Part shown: one piece after another, positions 59,879 through 64,000 of the stretch
How positions within the stretch are numbered: position 1 is the first letter of the stretch
Layout of the letters: every line of letters begins with the position of its first letter
Source: a virus
Lineage: Duplodnaviria; Caudoviricetes
Strand: one strand, 5' to 3'
DNA: 64,000 bases
IMG/VR virus record: IMGVR_UViG_3300021197_000485
Location: 259 to 64,258 of that record
Program-made: the position numbers and the translations under genes
The notes under the pieces: model-generated
Database searches by the model: none
Seen by the model: the letters and a program-made list of their open reading frames with translations, nothing else
Told to the model about the DNA's origin: nothing

Positions 59879-60178
59879 CTGCTGACAATCTCAACGATGC
59901 TCTCTCAAAGTGAGAGGGTATCTATTGGGATTCTCATCCCAGCTGGGCATTGAGCCCAGCGTGAGAACCTTGTGTGATCAAGGAAGAGTGATCACAAGGA
60001 AGGGTGCAGACGCCACCGTAGGCGTTTCACTAGCATCCCTCCGCAACATAGGGAGCTTTACCGCTCACGATTCACCGCTGTGAAGCTGGTGGCTATCTTA
60101 CTCCCAATGGGAGTCTACCTTGTATCCTAACATCGTGTTAGGATAAACCTTCTAGTTCTACAGACTTAGGATAACTTT

Positions 60179-62104
60179 ATGCACCCTAAAGTGTACAAAG
60201 AAATCAAAGCTCTGGCGGACAACCTCATGCCTCACCAAAGGAATATGTCACCCATCGCTGCGGCGATTGACGTGGTCCTTGAAGGATGGCTGGAGTTGCA
60301 GCTCCATAATGGTCGGGATCTTCCCGGTCTTATTGAGCGATTCCGCGGAGCCATCATTCTCTTGGCTAACTTCATCTCTGTTACAGAGCGTGGAGGAAAG
60401 CCTGTTGACATCAAGGATGTTCATGAGCAGTTGTTCGCAACTCTCTACAACCATCCCATGATCACGCAGGTATCCAAGAAGGATCCCTTCTCTCGTGAGC
60501 CTGTCTCTAACTCAGGTCTGTCCAAGATGACGATGCTTCGGCTTCCCATCCTGTCCAACTTGATTGGCGATAGGCGAGTAGAAACGTGTGAGATGATGTC
60601 ATCCTCCCCACTCTTCTTTAACGGAAGAGCTACGGAGAGGATGCTGGAGTATCGTAACTCTCTGCCTGAAAAGGTTCTGCGAGGTACGAATGCTGCCCTC
60701 TTCCCACAAGAACAGTTCTTCCCCAATTCATTGGTGGAGAGCTTCTACTCGTATGGCGAGTCTGCGGTTTACATGGATCACCACACCACTGACCGTGGTG
60801 CGGGCAGAACCTTTCCTCGTAACGGTAACTGTACTCTGACAGGGCCAAGGATCAACTTGGCTGTGATGGGGTACGAACCATACGAGGTTACGGATTCCAT
60901 GAGACCTCGACTCGTGCGACATCTCAAGCAGGCCTACGGCATCACGCCCAAGGACTGTGAGAGAATCGCCGTTGACTGGAAGGACTACCTCCGAAATGAT
61001 GGAGATCCTGATGTTGTACGCATTGCGTGTGACGTTGATGATCTTCTGTCAGGTCGTACTAACAAGATGTCAACCATCTTGGAGTGCGATATGCCGTCTT
61101 GCGGCATCATGGATGGTGCAGCTCTTGCTCGACATGCCCGGTTTAACGTTCTGTTTAACATGGCGGACTCAGAGTGGAGACACTGTCGGCATATCATGTC
61201 TGACTTTCTCGGAGATCCCACCAGTCTGGGTGGTGGTATTCGGTTCCTTGTGGATCGAAACTACGCCACTCATGGGAAAGATCTGGACTCCTTCCTCGCA
61301 CGTAGTGTGTGTTCGGAGGAGGAAGGAATGCTTAAGAGCGGCATGTCACCGGTTAACTACGGTGCCATGGAAAAGACTCTTGCGTGTGCATTCCTTGATC
61401 TGGAAGCTGATGGAGAGGAGTTGATTGGGAGTGATCCCAAACCTTCTTCACTCCTGATGGCTCAACTTGACCGCCGTGGTCTTAGCTTGTCTTCGCAAGG
61501 GGACAAGGAAGAAGCGGTTAAGTGGGTGACTCAGAATGTTGCACGTCCTTTCTTGGGCGTGTATCGTCAGCAGTTTCCTTGGGCTCCCAGTAACCACGCT
61601 CACATGATGCGTTGGTATGCTTCAGAGTTTGCCTCTGCTATGGCAAACGATGGCTACCCCAGCGTGTCGCTTGTGGAGTGGGCTGGCGCTCATGTCGTTG
61701 TGCCTCATTACTATGAGGGCAAGAAACGAACGCTGACCATTCGCATCCCCAAGCCGGGAGGGTTCGGTCCAAAAGCCGGATCCGCCACGGTTCAGGTTAC
61801 TCCGTACACAGAAGATCCGGAAGGATACGGCTGTGCTACGAAGTTCCTGTTCTTTGCAGACGGAACTAAGATGGCTGATTGCCAGCTTAGTCTGCACAAG
61901 AAGGGTTTCCAGAGCGAGCAGAAGTTCGACTGCGTTCTGGTAGGGGCTAACGCCCTTGGTGAGGTTAACTCTTCCATGCTGGATGCTCACCGCATTCTTC
62001 ATGGAGAGGATGTCCTGTCCAAGTTGACAGGGCAGAGAACTCAGGGTACTACCCTGAACTTCTCAGACGATGTTGTATGCATTCGCTGCGGCGAAGACAT
62101 CTGA
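60179..62104 (+). CDS. divergent single-subunit RNA polymerase-like protein
   Basis: DRGAGR, ECDMPSCGI (motif A), KSGMSPVNYG (motif B), WAGAHVVVPHY, FLFFADG, KFDC (motif C), colinear with T7 RNAP. Confidence 0.7.
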   Translation: MHPKVYKEIKALADNLMPHQRNMSPIAAAIDVVLEGWLELQLHNGRDLPGLIERFRGAIILLANFISVTERGGKPVDIKDVHEQLFATLYNHPMITQVSKKDPFSREPVSNSGLSKMTMLRLPILSNLIGDRRVETCEMMSSSPLFFNGRATERMLEYRNSLPEKVLRGTNAALFPQEQFFPNSLVESFYSYGESAVYMDHHTTDRGAGRTFPRNGNCTLTGPRINLAVMGYEPYEVTDSMRPRLVRHLKQAYGITPKDCERIAVDWKDYLRNDGDPDVVRIACDVDDLLSGRTNKMSTILECDMPSCGIMDGAALARHARFNVLFNMADSEWRHCRHIMSDFLGDPTSLGGGIRFLVDRNYATHGKDLDSFLARSVCSEEEGMLKSGMSPVNYGAMEKTLACAFLDLEADGEELIGSDPKPSSLLMAQLDRRGLSLSSQGDKEEAVKWVTQNVARPFLGVYRQQFPWAPSNHAHMMRWYASEFASAMANDGYPSVSLVEWAGAHVVVPHYYEGKKRTLTIRIPKPGGFGPKAGSATVQVTPYTEDPEGYGCATKFLFFADGTKMADCQLSLHKKGFQSEQKFDCVLVGANALGEVNSSMLDAHRILHGEDVLSKLTGQRTQGTTLNFSDDVVCIRCGEDI

Positions 62105-62201
62105 CCTCTCGTCTAACCGCCGACCTTGGGATGGGCTAGAGCCATCCCAAGGCTTTCTGTGGGAAGATATGTTGTCTTCCCTTAACCCAAAGGAGTCTGC
62201 T

Positions 62202-62858
62202 ATGACAGACCCAATCTCATTGTTTGGATCCGAAACCGATGGATCCTTGGACGCACAGCCCGCAACGAGTGTGCAGCACACAGGTGACCAGTCCCCTATG
62301 GCTTTTCACCTGATGCCTGAACACACCAACTACGGGATTTCGCTCATCTGTATTACGGCCCATGGTGTTGACATCATCCGTAATGGACGAGTGACAACTG
62401 CTGCAAACTCTCGCACTGTCAGCATTCGACCGCTGAGTGTCGAGATGATCCCCAAGGGTTCCGTTAAGTTCAACGGTTCCCGAGCTCAGGCGATCCACTT
62501 CTTGAATCAGCATATGATCAAGGAGGAAGATTTGGAGAAGGAAGGTATCATGCCTCCTCTGCAAATCATGGCTCTCCTGCAAATGGCGAACCTGCCATTG
62601 GGTACTCGTCCCTCAAGTCTGTGGACATTCCAGCAAGGAATCCCCACATTCGAGGTACAGAACAGTACGGGACATCGGAGACTGACCTACCTGCTGACTT
62701 GGCAGGCATTCCCTGAATGCCAATTCCAGTTCAGCTCCGGTTGGCATCCCGGCTCCACTCCTGACGGTCTTCTGAAGAAGAACTGGTGGAAGGACTTTCG
62801 CAATACTCATGGAGGCACCTCTGTGATTGCGAACGCTCCAACCGTTTCGGTCCTCTGA
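62202..62858 (+). CDS. hypothetical protein
   Basis: AAGGAG SD before ATG 62202. Confidence 0.7.
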   Translation: MTDPISLFGSETDGSLDAQPATSVQHTGDQSPMAFHLMPEHTNYGISLICITAHGVDIIRNGRVTTAANSRTVSIRPLSVEMIPKGSVKFNGSRAQAIHFLNQHMIKEEDLEKEGIMPPLQIMALLQMANLPLGTRPSSLWTFQQGIPTFEVQNSTGHRRLTYLLTWQAFPECQFQFSSGWHPGSTPDGLLKKNWWKDFRNTHGGTSVIANAPTVSVL

Positions 62859-63029
62859 TGTAAAGACCGCCCAAGCCCGGAGGTGGAGAGCTTTGTGCTC
62901 TCCCCTCCCTCAGCCACACTCGAAGGACTGTGTCTGAGGGAGGCCCATACTGGGTTTCTATATGACGATATGATTTGCTCTATTGAAGAGTGGAGACCAT
63001 ACCACCGCTTCGCGGCCTAGGACCTACTC

Positions 63030-63160
63030 ATTACCTATAGTACTACCCCTAGTATCTACCACTACTACTACCCCCTATATCTAGTATGTACCTATAGTTG
63101 GGGTTATAGATATAGTCTACCTATAGTCTTTACCCTAGGTTGTATATATATTTTATAATA
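63030..63160. repeat. low-complexity CTA/TAG-rich repeat tract
   Basis: TACCTATAGT three times, CTACTACTA runs, TATATATA; noncoding. Confidence 0.65.
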
Positions 63161-63349
63161 GGTAGTGGTACAGACTTAGTTCTGTCCTATGTCCTAAGGA
63201 GCCCTCCGGGCCTTTAGCCGACCTTCGGTCGGCATGGTGACCCGCAGGTCGTGCGGGTCGTTCACGTTGGGTGGTTCGCTGGATCTCGTTGTTCGAGATA
63301 GCCGCTACAGGACTGATGAATTTCCAACAAAGTGAAAGGAATGAGGACT

Positions 63350-63553
63350 ATGAGTCTTCTCGAAAAGAACAAAGAGCGTCTTCGTGCCGTTGGTATCGAG
63401 GTTTCAGACAAGAAGCCGAAGTCCGACCGCACGATGAGTGAGTACACGGACGCAGAACTCACCTCCATCGCGTTGAATCCCTCGGGTCCGACGCCGGAAA
63501 CACAGGAACGAGCCCTGACTTTGCTCGAGGAGAGGCACGGAACCCCCGCGTAA
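63350..63553 (+). CDS. small hypothetical protein
   Basis: AAGGA SD; followed by a GTAA-loop hairpin and T-run. Confidence 0.6.
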   Translation: MSLLEKNKERLRAVGIEVSDKKPKSDRTMSEYTDAELTSIALNPSGPTPETQERALTLLEERHGTPA

Positions 63554-64000
63554 GCGAGGGTCTGCTCTTTTCCAAACGTAGGAGTTACGCATAGGACACC
63601 CGTCGATAACGGTGCAGCATAAATCCTACAGACATCCCTCGCCAGAGGAACCCGCACAAGCCAGACCTGAGCGGTGAAGGATGGACGTTATCTGTATTGA
63701 TAACACTAGGTGCTCTAACAGAGACTTGTGTAGACGACCGCCGCAGGCGGGCGCAAGGGCATGGCTACCCTGTACCCAGAAGGGTAAACAGTCACGCAGA
63801 TGGGATGCAACTGCGATATCAACATCCCCAATATTCGGGTGCTGGAGTGTGATGATGACCGCCATTGACCAGCATACTATGAAGAGGCGGGTCCGGCTGC
63901 CGGGGGTAGTCGTGAGGTTAATAGGAAACAAATTGCCGACCCCGCGTCCTGAGCAGAGGCTGTGATAATCCTCTTAATGACGACAAAACTACTCCAATCT

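Noticed and set aside
63311-63340. Hammerhead-like CTGATGA...GAAA
   Set aside because: Stem II is weak and no matching stems I/III with a UH cleavage site were found nearby
1-64000. CRISPR array, integrase, introns/inteins, DGR
   Set aside because: No regularly spaced repeats and no recombinase, RT or intein motifs seen; Pol, RNR and terminase are uninterrupted and of normal length

Overview
The window covers most of a marine T7-like podovirus (Autographiviridae-type) genome, with essentially all genes on the + strand. In order: small early genes, a DUF932-like protein, a canonical T7-type RNA polymerase, a replication/nucleotide module (SSB, RusA-like resolvase, 3 tRNAs, primase-helicase, sulfotransferase, PolA, dNMP kinase, exonuclease, class II RNR), head and tail genes, small and large terminase separated by six tiny Lys-rich ORFs, probable ejection proteins ending in a 5012-aa giant, and a more GC-rich hairpin-dense tail segment. 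The main finding is that the phage appears to encode three single-subunit RNA polymerases. Besides the ordinary T7-type enzyme (5057-7501), a divergent RNAP catalytic domain (motifs A, B, C) lies inside the 5012-aa putative virion protein between two HExxH zincin motifs, and a stand-alone divergent 641-aa RNAP-like protein (60179-62104) lies in the GC-rich segment near N4-like GNA-triloop hairpins. All assignments come from reading motifs by eye; no searches were run.
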